This document shows, in pieces, positions 1-18,030 of a stretch of DNA of 64,000 bases; position 1 is the first letter of the stretch, and each line of letters begins with the position of its first letter. Origin of the DNA: Vermamoeba vermiformis. Its lineage: Eukaryota. The notes beneath the pieces are model-generated. The model was given only the letters and a program-made list of their open reading frames with translations, had not been told where the DNA came from and searched no databases. A program made the position numbers and the translations under genes. The stretch covers positions 62,001 through 126,000 of the forward strand of contig JBEWZL010000151.1 of assembly GCA_045837725.1 (NCBI GenBank), read 5' to 3'.

Positions 1-2869
1 TCCGTTCTTGATCCAACAATTCATCATTTCAGCGATATTTTTTCCCGAAATTTCGCTTAAGACTTGCCAGAGGTCCTCAGTGGTCACGTGCCCGAACTTG
101 TGTTTGTTCATGAACCGTTGAAGAGCCAAAAATAATTTGTCCTCACCGATGTAACTTGCTAACATTCTGATGCACGACGCTGCCTTTCCGTAGCTAATAA
201 TAGAACAGTATTAATATAAGACCCATATCTATGTCATATAATATCACTATCGCTTAAAAAAATTGCAAATAAATTAATTTTTTGGATCTGTTTTTTCGGA
301 TCGGATCTGGATCTTACCTAATCGAGTCAAAAATGTCATGAATGTCACGTGATCTCGGCACAAACATTTGAATAGGATGACTTTGCTGTCCTTCGTCCAA
401 TTTGAGTGCCATGGAATAAATCTCCGTCAAAAAGTGTTGGTCGTAGTGCCACTCGGGGAAGAAATTGCGCACCAAATAGTACTCCTATAATAAGAATAAT
501 ATTAACATCTTTTCTAACTAATGCACATCATAATATATTATTACAATTGACAAATTAATTGTTGATCATTAGCAGACTGTTTTAAGAAAAAATTTTAATT
601 CAGTCTTCCAGATCTAGTAATTGCGAAAAATAATTTGCATTAAATAAAACTAAGATGACATGGATATTGAGTATATTATAAGTCTAGTACTTACGATCCA
701 ACGAGCAAATCCCTCTTTGAGATACAAGTACTGCCATTCACTAATCGCCACTAAATTTCCGAACCATTGATGACCGACTTCGTGGAACACCAATCTTAAA
801 TAGTAATATATTAATAAGGAAACTTATAATGAAATATAACCATAATTATATAATAGAATTCGTGGCTGAACGAGATCCAGATCTGGATCCGATTGCGGAT
901 CTGCTACTTTGACGAGTATAAGCACGTTTGTATAATAACGTACCTTGCAATGCGTTGTTTGCGTGCAAAAGTAGTGTCGTGCGCGACCAAGAAATGCGAG
1001 TTCAAGAAGAACAAACAGCCCCAGTTCTCCATGCCCAGGCAGTCAATGTCGTTCAAGCCAACAATGTCTAACTTCTTCAACGGGAAACCGACCTTGAGAT
1101 CTATCAACAATACAATTAAGATATAGCCTTATACAGTAATAGAAGTAAATTTCCATCGTGTAAAAGAAAAAAATAAATATTCCGACAGCGGTCAGGTGGT
1201 TGTTTCGAGACACTGTACGTACTTGTGCTGTAAAATTTGACAGCTTTTTCAGCCATTTCCATGACCCAGCTGCCGTCCTCAACACGACCAGGGGGTGTAT
1301 ACTAAATAAGGAAATCAGTCAGGCGTTCGATCACCGCGTCAAAGTGACTACTTACAACTCGCAACGGGAACTTATCTTCAACTTGTTGTCCTTCAAAGTT
1401 ACTAAAATACGAAATTGATTATTACGGAGATCTTATTATAACAAAAAAATCTATTATTAAAGCGTTAATTCGCTTCAAACAGATCCGTGAAAAAAATTGT
1501 GTCAAACCAAAGTGACACTTCACTGCTTTTCTTCAAAATGAACCAAAATACGATCAAATTTGTCATATTAGGCAGCTATAATAATATTGTCGATAAGACT
1601 TACGTATAAGTGAAAGAGATGTGTCGTTCCAAGTACTCAAAGTAGCCGGCAATAAAGCACAACAAGTACGTGCACATGGACGGTGTCCAATCAAACACGA
1701 CTTTCTTTTTCAATTCAACAGCGCTCTCTTCTTGTTCAGGCAATGTTTCTTGTGTGAAAAATGTCTCGTGGGTCAATTCTTCGCTGATGATCGGTGTGTT
1801 GCTGATAGCCGTAAGTTTTTTGTTCACGAGCAAGGTAAGCTGAAAAGCAATCTTAGTATCATTTCCAAATATAGTAATAACATCTACAAATATGCTGATT
1901 ATAATAAATGAAGTGTCCTTGACCGGATGTACTTCCGGAAAAAATTGGATCTTGGCACAATAAATCCATGCAATATTTTCGTTTGCAGATTTGAGTCCAA
2001 ATTAGGTAATTTGTTTTAGGGTTACCTGAAATTCCGCTCTAAAGCAGGGCTCGTCAAAGCACGGGAAAACTCTGCGACAATCGGTCGGTTCAAAGTGCGT
2101 TGCGAAGCCAAAAGGCTCGCTATAATGTTCAGCAACACTATCGGGAATATTGTTCAACAATTCTAACTCGAAAATAGCTGGAAATAAAAAAGAAAAAAAT
2201 TAGCTAAAATAAAATAAAAAAATTCTGCGCGCTACTGAGCGATTTATAGTCATTAAAATATGATATTATAATTTGATATGCTATATTCTTAATATTTAAG
2301 CCATAAATCTCGTTACCTCGTGGTTTCTCGCGATAAATAGGCGAAGTAAATTCAAGAGTCAGAGATGCGCCATGAACAACAGGAATAGTGCGACCAAAAT
2401 CAAGAATAAATACTTCGTGGTCTTCATTATGCGTGTGAGATATTAAAGGCCAGATCTAACGCAATGATTAATATTGAGAAAAATTCTTGTCTTGTTCTCA
2501 CTTCAGAAAACGTTTAAAATTATATACGGGATACTAATATACTATATTGATGTTCTAAAAAATTAAGTGGTATTATTAGCCCTCCCTCTATTCATTAAAC
2601 TTATAAACTGAAAAGATCCGAAATAATTCCATAAATACTAGAAAATTTACCTCGTTATTCACTGATAATGAGCCACTGTGCAATTCTATACCGAGGCCAT
2701 GCAGCTTAATAAAATTTTGTTTGGCTTCGAGCACGTCAATGTCAATCTGAACTCTTCCTTTTACAGATTTGCCAACGACAGGCTCTAGCGTCAATCTGTA
2801 CTTGCGAGGCACAATATGTGCATCGAGGTCGTTTCTAATCTTGATAAGACCTTGTGGTTGTGGTTCCAT
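1..2869 (-). CDS. M1 family zinc aminopeptidase (puromycin-sensitive/APN-like), multi-exon, 3' end outside window
   Basis: Spliced exons give [27 protein letters not shown] (GAMEN variant), [12 protein letters not shown]...LKEGFA (HEXXH-x18-E) and [14 protein letters not shown] at 2869. Confidence 0.93.
874..889. repeat. Perfect 16-bp palindrome GATCCAGATCTGGATC within an intronic GATC cluster
   Basis: Read directly; part of cluster 872-902 in an aminopeptidase intron. Confidence 0.85.
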
Positions 2870-3223
2870 GTCTGGCGAATTGAAAAAATGAAAGAAAAAT
2901 CCGCCTTTTTGGTTTTTTTGAACGGACAAAAGATCTGATAATATTATATTATTAGAGATATATTATTTAACGATTCAGATTGTTGGCGAGAATTGATAAC
3001 CAAGGCGAGTATTGCAAGAATTGAAAAAGATCTGACGCTACAAAGTTGCTTGCCAAGTCAAAACGAGAAAACAAAGGCCGTAAAACGAAAAAAATCTATT
3101 TTTAATTAATTATTTGTACAAATAAGGTGATATTAATGCACATCAGAGACAATAAATAACAATGCATGAAGAATACGCTATCCTCGCTACAAAACTATCA
3201 GATCTACTTCCTTATGCGATCGT

Positions 3224-7741
<4,518 letters not shown>

Positions 7742-8374
7742 TGATATTTATATTAATGATTTATTGCTTGTGCTGTTGTGCACTGATTTCGAAAGCTGAA
7801 ATAAAAACTAGTTGTGTACTTTTTGGCAGATGACGAATGCCTTTTTCGTGTGGCTCTCTTCGGAGGTTCAGCACTGTACCACTCGCAGTATTATCTAACG
7901 TATTTTATATTTAGGACCTCAAAAAGGCCTCCTGTCCCCTCTTCGGTTGGATTCCAAAAATAGGCGCAATCTTTCGATAAGCCAAGCAAGATGCAAATTA
8001 AATTTATTATCGGCTGGTTTGTTGAAGTAATTAAAATAGCCACGTATCAAGATTTTTCAAATCAGTCGCTTTTTCCGGTCCCATTTACTGCAGGACGAAT
8101 CCGTTTCTCTTCGGAACTATGGCGGAAATTATGTGATTAAATCCAATTGTCACTAAATCGGAAATTGCAACTAAATATGCAATATCTGCTTGATTGTACG
8201 AAGAAATACTAATTAGTTTATTCACATAATGACCTAGAAAATTACATCGGTGGATCGGCAACCAAGATCCGGCTTTGCCGACAGTTTTTACAATAGCCTC
8301 TTATAGGGCATACGGTTCAGTTTGTTGTCTAAAATATAACACGATTAATCACTAATAAATAAATAATATTTTCC

Positions 8375-10646
8375 TTACCTCAACTCTTCGGACAATTTCT
8401 CGGCTGATTTTTCAGCTTGTTTTTTAATTTCATCTTTCATCATCTCTAATATAGACTCCATGACGATATTGCCAAGCTTATTCTCCTTAGCCAACTTGTA
8501 CATGACGTTAATGAAGCTCATGCCCATAACACCGGTAACAGTTGCCGCAACAGCTGTAGCAAATGAAACGTGAGTATTTCGTTCATGAACGCGGCATTCA
8601 GTGAAAAAGTACGTACTTGCTGAAATGCCCGAGGCAACGAGATTGACACCAGGAATGAGTTTGAAAATGTTCAGTACGATCAAGGTGCCTCGACTTGCCG
8701 CAGCAGCGCCACCAGTGCCTAAAATAACACCAGCGACAGCAGCCAATAAGGAACGATCGATGGATGCGCCGAAGAGTGCGGTAATAGCTGCCATCATGGC
8801 TGTTTGTAACGAGGCCAAAACCGCGATATCAGCGAACGGACTAAAACGTTGAATTAGAAAAACTAAAGCTCTAAATGCTATTAATATAACTTACATTGGA
8901 TTAGCTCCAGCGGCCGCAGCAGCAGCCATGAAAGAGACGACAACAGCCTTCGATCTGTACACGCGCTTGTTCAAATCTTCTTCGCTTAATTTATCCGCCT
9001 GTAAAGTATAGAAATTAAATTATACTGCCAATTATACCACAAAAGATTTAAATTAAGCAAAATTTGAATTATTCCAAATTAGGCAAGTGCGCGTACCGTC
9101 TTGACTAACTCATCCACGATTTCCTTAGACTTAACCGCTAGCGCAGCAATAGTACGGGCAAGTTGAGGCAAGCCAAATGAAGGAATTTCAAAGCCCACAG
9201 TCGTTTTGTTGCCGCGAGACATGACCGCGCACAGATCTGCGCTCAGAGGCAACTTCACCTCGCTCAGGGCCTGTTTGAATTCTTCAAAATTGGTAAGCGC
9301 TTGCAGCATCACTGGCACGACGGGGGCGTAAGCACTAAACGCCTTGATGTACTCGATATCCGTTGGTTCTAAGCGCGCGGTACTGGCAGGGAAGCAGTAG
9401 ATCACAGCATTGACCACGGGCTTTGGATTGTTAGGATTGATGCCATCAGTCAAACGATCGACCAATGATTGGTACTTCGCTTCTCTCTTTTCAGCGTCGT
9501 ATTCTAAGCCCGGAGTATCGATCAAGCTGATCTTGACTGTTCGAGGCACTTGATCTGGCGCTGTTATCTTGTATTCTCGTGACTTCTCCGATATTTCAGT
9601 AGTCACTATAATAAAGATCATAATTAGTGTCAATGAGCAAATAAGTGGTAGAAACACGTTGCTAGAAGCCACCCAGCCGCATCCAAAAAAAAAAGAATTT
9701 TAGCTTACCATGGCTAGTCTTGCTGATGCCCTCGCTTAGTCGTTCTTCGGGCGCGAGTCTAAGCATTTCATTTACGAAGCAGCTCTTGCCAATGCCGTTT
9801 CGTCCAACAATCATGATCGCGTGTTCTTTTACATCCGCCGGCAAGTTCTCGGCGAGGATTAAAGCGGGTGCCTTAAGCTGATCTACTACCTCTTGAGAGG
9901 CATAATCCACATATTGAGCTAAAAGAATAAATTATTATTAGCCTTTCGTAACAAAGAATTGGATGGGTTTGATATGTACCTTGGAACTCTTTTGGTTGTT
10001 GAGCAACCCATTGTCTTAATGCGCTTATAAAATTTTGACGCTCTTCTGCGCTAAGAATCTCGCCTGCAGAAAGCACTTGTTGAGCTGGAATTGGACCTTC
10101 AGGATTTGAATGAACCAAAGCCAAAAAGAATTTGTAATCTTCGTCAGTTACTGCCTCTGCATTTTTCCATAACCCGAGGAATGTAGGAAGCGCTGCTTGA
10201 ATTGTATTTACAAACCCTAGCAAACAAATCTGTTAATTTTCGTTTCAACTTTCGACCAAGACTTGCAATTTTTACAATATAATATTAATATCGATTTTAG
10301 TGGTGTAGTCTTTTCAAATTTCGAAGCATCGAAATAAAATTTATGAAAAGAATAATAATTGGAGGTCAAATCTGAAATTACCTTCTGTTGCCAACGCTTT
10401 GGTTAATAGTCGGAAAAACCGCACTCTGTTGTTGGTTATAAACATATTGGTTGATATTTTAACGAGTGCTGTGAGTGTTCGGGTCCACAGAGCTTCGTTG
10501 GATGGGATTTGTAAAAATGCAGAAGATTCGCAAATGTTGAGGATCTTGCTCTCCATCTCGAGGTACTTTTGATCTATATTAGTCTTTTCAATATACTCCC
10601 CGAGGACTTTGTCCAATTCTTCAATCTTTTTTGCGTCATCTCCCAT
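8375..10646 (-). CDS. P-loop GTPase with N-terminal helical region and C-terminal DUF697/YcjF-like Gly/Ala-rich hydrophobic domain
   Basis: G1 IVGRNGIGKS, G3 LIDTPGL; C-terminus AAAAAGANP-PFADIAVLASLQTAM...KLIPGV resembles bacterial GTPase-DUF697 proteins. The last codons could instead be a splice donor, so the 3' end is uncertain. Confidence 0.8.
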
Positions 10647-10963
10647 CTTCCACGTTTGATAAACTTCAGCCCAAATTTTCGAGTTGGGTTTTAACTATAC
10701 ACAAAATATACAATATATTACAAGTAGTGGTAGTATGAAGAATTGATTTGATTACAAACAGCGGCCAAAATTTCGTTCAGGGACATCTAGCCACGTGCGC
10801 GCAAAAAAATAAGAATTAATTGAAGGGAAACGAAAGAGTGTTTCCGAATTCCATACGAATGACAAAAACTACGTGAGCAACATATTCATTTTATATTAGA
10901 CATACCTACCCTTGAAGAATTGAATTGTTAACAACACATCCAAGTCGGACAGCCTAAATTCCA

Positions 10964-13854
10964 ATGGAGAAGAAAAGCTACAATAATCAGCAAGCGCCTG
11001 ATATAAAACTAGCTGTAACGGATGATCAGTTTAATTGGAACGAGCAGGAAAAGCTCGCAAAGAAAGATCCAGAACAGTTTATGTATGGCGCGTTCAATTT
11101 ACTGCAGCAAGTTTCCCAAAGGTATGTATAATTATTGTCGTTCGTATAGTACCCAAATTTCAAATTTAAACAATTTTTGAATTTTTTTGGTGATTTTCTT
11201 TTAGGATGGAGCAAAAAGAATAGACTTTTATTAACCGCGTACTTTATCTTTCGTAGCACTGGTATCAAAGTCCAACAACCAGAAATAGTTATTGTAGGAG
11301 GTCAATCAGACGGAAAATCTTCCTTAGTTGAAGCAATAGTCGGATTTAAGTTCAACTTCATTGCAGTCGGTACGTGGCATTACTTTATCACATTTTCGCG
11401 AAACTAATTCTATTGCAGAAATGGGAACTCGCGTTCCGCTCGTTTTGCAATTAACACACGCTCCTGAGTGCGTTGAACCTCGATGCGTTTTTGCTGGCGA
11501 ATCCAAAGTCATTCCCGTAGCAAGTCTCGCAGCAGAGATTAAAGAACGTACTCTTGCTATTACTGGCGGAGATGAAACAGTCAGCTCTAGGCCTATTATC
11601 TTAACAGTTAAGTTCAAGTATAGTCCGAACTTGACCGTAATCGATACGCCGGGCTTTGTTGGCTTAAATAGAACTAAAAGTACGTTATATTGTCAGTATA
11701 TTATTTTTAATATCTTGCTTATATTTAATTCATAGCTGAAATGACTATGGAAGCAATTGATAGAATGGTTGAAGATCTTGTGACGGGTGAAAACAATCAT
11801 CGTATCATCGTTTGCTTAGAACAAGCAACGGTAAGTAACTATACTTGCACCTTATAATAAGAATACATCCGTTTTCTTTTTAAATGTTGGATGCACATCT
11901 GATCCTGTTTTTAGGTTGAATGGCGAAACCCTACAAAATCTCGCTTGTTCGTCGAAAAAGTTGATCCTACATTCAGCCGAACAGTAATGGTCATGACTAA
12001 GTTCGACAATAGATTAGCTCAAATCAAGACTCGTTACGAGCTCGATAAATATTTGTCGACTGGCGGGATCTTGAACCAAACTAAGCCTTTCTTCATTTGG
12101 TTGCCGCATTCTAAGAACGACTACGCTTCTATTAATGAGTATCAACTATCCATCAAGACCGAATACGACAAGATTCTCGGAAAAATGCGCGAGATCGGCT
12201 ACGACCCTTCGTAAGTACCTAGATCTAGCTCGACTGCGAATAATCAACGCTGAAATTAATATAATTATTATAGATTCGATCCACAAATCGGTATTTTCCA
12301 CTTGAAACAGAAGTTGCAAGCGATGTACAAGTCTTTGAATTTGAAGTACCTGGATCCGGTTATCAGCAGTGTGAGCAGCAAAGAACGAGAAGTCTCTAAG
12401 CAACTCGATCAAATTAACGCTAAAATTGCCTCGAGCAACAGCGTCAACATTAAGGCGAAGATTGTTTCAGTCGCCTCAAAGTTCTCTCTCATCGTCGAAA
12501 AGGTTATTGAAGGTAAGGACAATAAAGCATCATATTATATAATTGGATAATAATATATCTATGACACATATTGACAGCACTTGTTAGGTGAAACGAGTGG
12601 AGATCCGGATGCGAACGGGCAAACATTGGATGAAGAAAAAGTTGAAGCGGACTTCTCATGGGAAGCAGTGCCATGGAACAGATATGTTAACTTCGACCTA
12701 GTCCCAGATAAGGCATGTCGTGTCTACGGAGGCAAGCAGTACTCTCGGTTCATGAACGAAGTTGAAGTCGTGATCCGATCAATGGAGATGGGTCCTATCA
12801 GTCCTAACGAGATTGCTACTGCTCTTGGTATTCCTAGATCTCATTTTGTGCCGTCAGTAGGCCACGCTGTAAGTTAAATAGTCTTATTTTTGAATCGCGT
12901 ACTGGATCTGATCTCATTGGTTTTAGGCGAGCACGTTGGCTTTGAAGCACTTTAAGGCGTCTGTAAATAGCCTGTTGCCTCTTATCGCTCAAAGACTTCA
13001 ATATATCGCCAACAGAATGCTGCCAATCGTTCTGATTATCTTCGACAAAGAGAATCCAGATGCGATTGACGAGGCCATGAAGCGAGAGATCTCAACAGCC
13101 TTCGATGGGTAAGCACCATTAAAATACATTGAATTTATAGCTCTAACTATTTGTTTAGCCACGTACAGAAGACGATTGAGAAATGGCAAATGGTCGCTTA
13201 TGGATTGCTCGGCGGATCTTCAGACATGCTCACTACAGTCTCGCATATTGTAGATAGAAACGATGACGATATGTACGTACCGCTAAGCACTTGCTATAAT
13301 TCTATTTCTCTGAAATTTCAACTCAAAATTTTTATCAAGTTTATTTGGTACTAACAAATTCGTTCTTGCGTACAGAGAAAAGGACTTTGTATTGAATCCT
13401 AGCGAAGAACAAGTAGCAGCAAGAGTTAAGAAGGAAATGCAAGCGAAGAACAATTTGATCATCGATAGCTCCAAAGGCAACGACTACCAAACCATTTGTA
13501 AATACTCTTCGTTGATCTTCTCCAAGCTACGTACTCACTGGTTGAGATTGGTCACTGATGTTACTAACGCATTCTTCTTGAACTCTTTGTAAGTCAGATC
13601 CGATCCGTTACAAAAAAGTTCATTTTACTAATTCGCTTGTATTTAGCCGCCATGCTGTTAATGAATCGATCTCGATCAGCTTGTTGAACAAGAGCGATGA
13701 AGAACTCGAGATGCTCACAGCTGTTAATAGCAAGGTACTGAAACAGCAGAAAGAAGAGCTGGATGCGTTGAAAACAAAACTCTCCACGTTGAAGAGCTAC
13801 TTCTTGAGAATAAGAAGCGACTCTTCTATTTGGAAGGACGTAGTTGTAAATTAA
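10964..13854 (+). CDS. Dynamin-related protein, DRP5/ARC5/Dictyostelium Dlp class, multi-exon
   Basis: PEIVIVGGQSDGKSSLVEAIVGFKFN..EMGTRVPL, PNLTVIDTPGF, VMTKFDNRL and YGGKQYSR match the DRP5A-type GTPase domain; the splice junctions checked (first and last introns) are in frame; ATG 10964, TAA 13852-13854. Confidence 0.92.
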
Positions 13855-13978
13855 TAACACTAGCCATCAATAAAGCAATGTTAAATACATCCCGGCTCAG
13901 GTGCATCCAGACCTGTTCGGTACGTAAATTCAATTATTAAGTTCTTTAATAAAATAATATAATACTTTACAATATATT

Positions 13979-15605
13979 TCAATTTTGACGAGCATAAGGA
14001 AAGACTTTTGCGCGTAGCGGCGAGAAGTAAAAAGCTAATAATATAATTCCAACAATTAACGCAACCCCGCCAATAACAACTCCAATAATTAAACCAGTAT
14101 AATCTACTCCAGGCGGAACATTATCTTCAATACACTTAGTAATCGATACTGTTAAGGTCAATTGCGTGGGCGAAAAGTTCGGTTTAGCGTTCCACTCGTC
14201 ACATCCAGGCAAGTCATAATCGCTTTTAATCACAATCTCGTTGAAATCTCCATCACGACAAGCCAATTCCATTACAAGTACATCAATAACGCCGTTATTT
14301 AAGACTTGTACGGTAGATCCGTTTGACAATACTACAACTAATGTACCGTTCAAAGTAGCGCATCCGTTAATGGTTAAAACAACGCCATCATTAATGACCA
14401 AAGTTGAGTTCTCGTTCAATACTAGATCTCCTATTACTGTCGACGCGTTAACTTGCAAAATGTCAACGACAACAACGGTCTGGTAAGTCTTTCCTATTAT
14501 AGTCAATCCAAAAACTCTAACCATTCCATCCGCCGCTAAATAAAGTTCAGCGTAAGTATCGTTTGCGCGGTAAAATCCCAACGGCTCGTTTCTAAGTGTT
14601 GAAGCGTTAACTAGTACACCCAAATCTTTCGGAACCACTGCGACGGTGTTCGTTGCATCCCAAAGTGCTATCCAAACATTGCCAGTGATGTATATATACG
14701 CTAATAATAGCGTTGAGTTATCGCTGCCCATAGCAATCATATTGTACGACAGCAATCGGTTATTGTTTCCTGCAATTTTGTACGCACTTTGATTTGAAGG
14801 AATCGCTTGAATGAAGGTCTCATCTAAATAATTTTGATAGGCATAGTATAATATATTATCATACTCTATGAACCGCATATCCGCCGGCGAGTTCGTAATA
14901 GTGAAATTGAAGTCTTTCTGTAGATAGCTTGCTCTTCCATCGCCAGGAATATTGCCAAGGTCATTCGCGTTAAATCCATAAAATTTAACTTTTGCCGTGG
15001 ATCCGTCAACGTTGACTTCAGCAATCGACACGATATCTCGCTTTGAAATTACTCCGTAGATACTCGGTGGCATTGAAGAGTTGATAGTCAATGCGAGTAC
15101 TATTCCAGAGTTATCAAAGGAAGGTAAAAAACTAACGGAATCTGAGAGGACTCCAACGCCAAAAGTTTTTGAGCCAGCCACGGCAATTTTTCCGATAAAA
15201 GCAAAGTCGTAAACGACACCAACTGTGCTGTTCACGAATATTTGTACTTTTGTGTCTTGAAATGCTATAATACTGTACCGGAAAGGGCTCGCCATGCAGT
15301 CTACTACAGCGAAATTGTTGGGAAATGTTCCGCCATACATTGCTTGGCCACGGATTGCATTAAGATAATCGGCTTGAGTTATCCAAATCTCTGCATACCC
15401 TTCAACGTCGCATATTTGTAGGTTTGCTGGTCCGGTGATATTATAGGGCAGGTAATCCGTGGTTAATTCTGAAAATACCAAATTTTCTGCTCCCGTTACA
15501 AAAAAAATAATTAGTTTTTATTTTGTTTTTGGTATTTTAACTCCGCGTACCAAAATAACCGCCGTAGCATGAGTATATCAGTAGAATTAAGAAAAATAGT
15601 TTCAT
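13979..15605 (-). CDS. Type I membrane glycoprotein, paralog A (signal exon plus large exon)
   Basis: Exon 1 MKLFFLILLIYSCYG (15551-15605); intron 15487-15550; many N-x-S/T sites; TM LIIGVVIGGVALIVGIILLAFYF; tail SPLRAKVFPYARQN. Confidence 0.88.
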
Positions 15606-15937
15606 ATTTTCTTGGATGTTGACAAAGTACGGGCAACTCCGCAGATCGCTTTCCTTGCGATAGTACCAGTTTATGTAGTTTATATAATACAATTGTGTTA
15701 AAATTACCACAATGTGTTGTGCTTCGTATTTACAGAAGAAAATTATCAGGTCGACCTAAATTTGGATGCCGGTACAAATTTGGCTGGACCAGCGATATAG
15801 GTATTTTTTCTCTATAATGCGATTTAACAAGTAATTAATTTAATACTTGAACGACAATGGCCCTATAGATAGACATCAATACTGCGATCTCCGTTCAGTT
15901 CAGATTCGCCAACGAAAAATATAGGAACTGTTTCAAC

Positions 15938-16008
15938 ATGCACTTACGAGGCTTCTAATCATTTGTATTACACCGCTGTAGTGTACGGCGATCAAACATA
16001 CTTTTTAG
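15938..16008 (+). pseudogene. Orphan, frameshifted copy of exon 1 of membrane paralog C
   Basis: Near-identical to 20462-20534 but 2 nt shorter (ATG CAC TTA CGA GGC TTC TAA); keeps the GTAAGC donor; no downstream exon. Confidence 0.85.
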
Positions 16009-16427
16009 GTAAGCTGGGAGGTTCGTCTTCCGGTACAATTTTTCGGAATTTAATATTAATTTATTTATTTATTTTTTTCTCATAATAATCGTTAATTTGC
16101 CTCGATGACCTCAATGCAACGACCTTCCTTAGTACATTGCACAATGAGACACTTCCAAACTCCTGATCTCATCCGCGCAAAGTCTGAAATATCAAGATAT
16201 ATTAATATTTCGTTTCTTCAAGGATCGAAGGATGGTAACTGGTTGTATTTGCTGTTGCGAACGATGGGAGTTACAAACTCCGTAGTAATAATTGGGATCT
16301 CTGCGGTACGGGAGCTACGGGACCAGCTCCGTCTGGGGAGGATTTAAAAAATGCCGGAAAATACATTTTTCGGCTGCGCTCGGTCAAAATTGGCTGGAAA
16401 AAACCGGGATTTTTCTCGGCAGCAGTC

Positions 16428-16471
16428 TACTGCCTGGAAAAAAGCGAAATTTCATTTTTTTCCAGGCAGTA
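16428..16471. repeat. Perfect 16-bp inverted repeat
   Basis: TACTGCCTGGAAAAAA / TTTTTTCCAGGCAGTA with a 12-nt loop; a third arm copy lies at about 16488-16504. Confidence 0.85.
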
Positions 16472-16950
16472 CCGTACATTTTGGCTTTTTTTTCCAGGCA
16501 CTACCTTATTAGGAAGGTGATGTTCGTGCGTGGCTATGTGTTTGCTTGAACTCGTTACTCGTTCAAGCAAACAAATAGCAAACAGTACAATAGGAACGAC
16601 TGGTTTGCGTCGACGAAATTCATTTTGGTGGTTGAAATCAAAAAAATGGATGCGAATCCACGTACTGGATTAGCTTCTCGCGCGCCGAAAAAATATCATT
16701 CCAGACTCACCTCCACCTTTACTGCTTTTCCGCTCGTTACCGGCTCGGACTACGTCTCGCCGGTAATTTTCTCGCTGGGAAAAGCAGTAAATTTTGGAGG
16801 TTCGTCGGAAAATTACTATTAATTTATTTATTTCCTCCTCTTTCGGGACAGAAGCACTAGTTCCGCTCCGCCTGGGGAGCATAAAACTGTTCCAGAACGC
16901 GAACTTTAATTTATTATTATAAACTCAACCCTTTAACTACAACACTACAA

Positions 16951-17912
16951 ATGCAAACTTGGAGCGAAGCTGCAAAATACTACGAATCTGTGTCACGCCT
17001 AACAGTTCACTTTGCTGACAGAATGGTGGATCTGTTCAAGCAAGAACGTGCCAAAGGAAGATTTACCGGACAGATTAGACTTCTAGACGTAGCAACCGGT
17101 ACAGGCATTGTACCGCTATCATTTGTTAAGCATAATGAACTGGATTTGAGCGTTTTGGCGGTCGATCTGTCGGAGCAAATGGTGAAGATTGCAGAACAAA
17201 AAGCCTTAGAAATTAACGCAACGAATATATCTACAAAAGTTATGGACGGTCAAGTAAGTGTCGCATATTCCTAATTATAATTAAGGGTTAGCTAATATTT
17301 GATTTTAAGAACCTTTCGCTGGACAATGAAAGTTTTGACGTAAGCACAGATCTGTTTGGGCTTATTTTCTTCCCAGATAGACCAAAAGGTTTTAAGTACG
17401 TCTTATCTATATTTATCGTTTGTCGTATTAATCCGATTTGGCAGAGAAATGTGGCGCGTGTTGAAACCAAACGGTATGGCGCTTGTAGGCACATGGAAAT
17501 CTCTGAAAACCATCGACATTGCACAGCGTATTGCCGAACATTACAAATCATCGCCTCATCCGGAGATAGAAAAGATGCTTTCGCTGTCAGATCCGGATGT
17601 GTTGAAAAAAGTAAGATCTTGAAATCTCAAACCAGTTTTTATCTGAATTTAACTCATCGATATTTCCAGGAAATGACTGAAGCAGGGTTTAACCAGGTTA
17701 CTGTTGAAACTATAACGGTTAAGTGGCCCGTTGCCGACAAATCCCAGTTCGAACGCGTATTGACGCATATTCCGGTCTTTTGCCATAATTTTGACAAGCA
17801 ACAATTAGCCAAAGATCTTCCCGATATAATTGAACAAGTTATTCCAAACTACAAGACAGTTTCGTCGTTTGAATTGATTGCTACTGCCCACATTGCCTAT
17901 GGCTTCAAATAA
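16951..17912 (+). CDS. Class I SAM-dependent methyltransferase (UbiE/Methyltransf_11-like), 4 exons
   Basis: Motif I LLDVATGTG, VDLSEQMV, NESFDV..LFGLIFFPD, REMWRVLKPNG. Confidence 0.92.
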
Positions 17913-18030
17913 GCCTCTCATACGATGGTAGTGCAATCCAATTCACTTGTTATATATGTTTATACCCTAATAAAAATAATGGTGTTAAATCTGAATGCGC
18001 GCTAGTTTAATTTGCTATTATTAGTAACTA

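Larger units (their letters stand above)
12754..16046. repeat. Left copy of segmental duplication (right copy 18031-20572)
   Basis: Dynamin 3' part, membrane gene, promoter and paralog C exon 1 are all repeated; both copies end at TCTTCCGGTACAATTTTTCGG. Confidence 0.9.
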
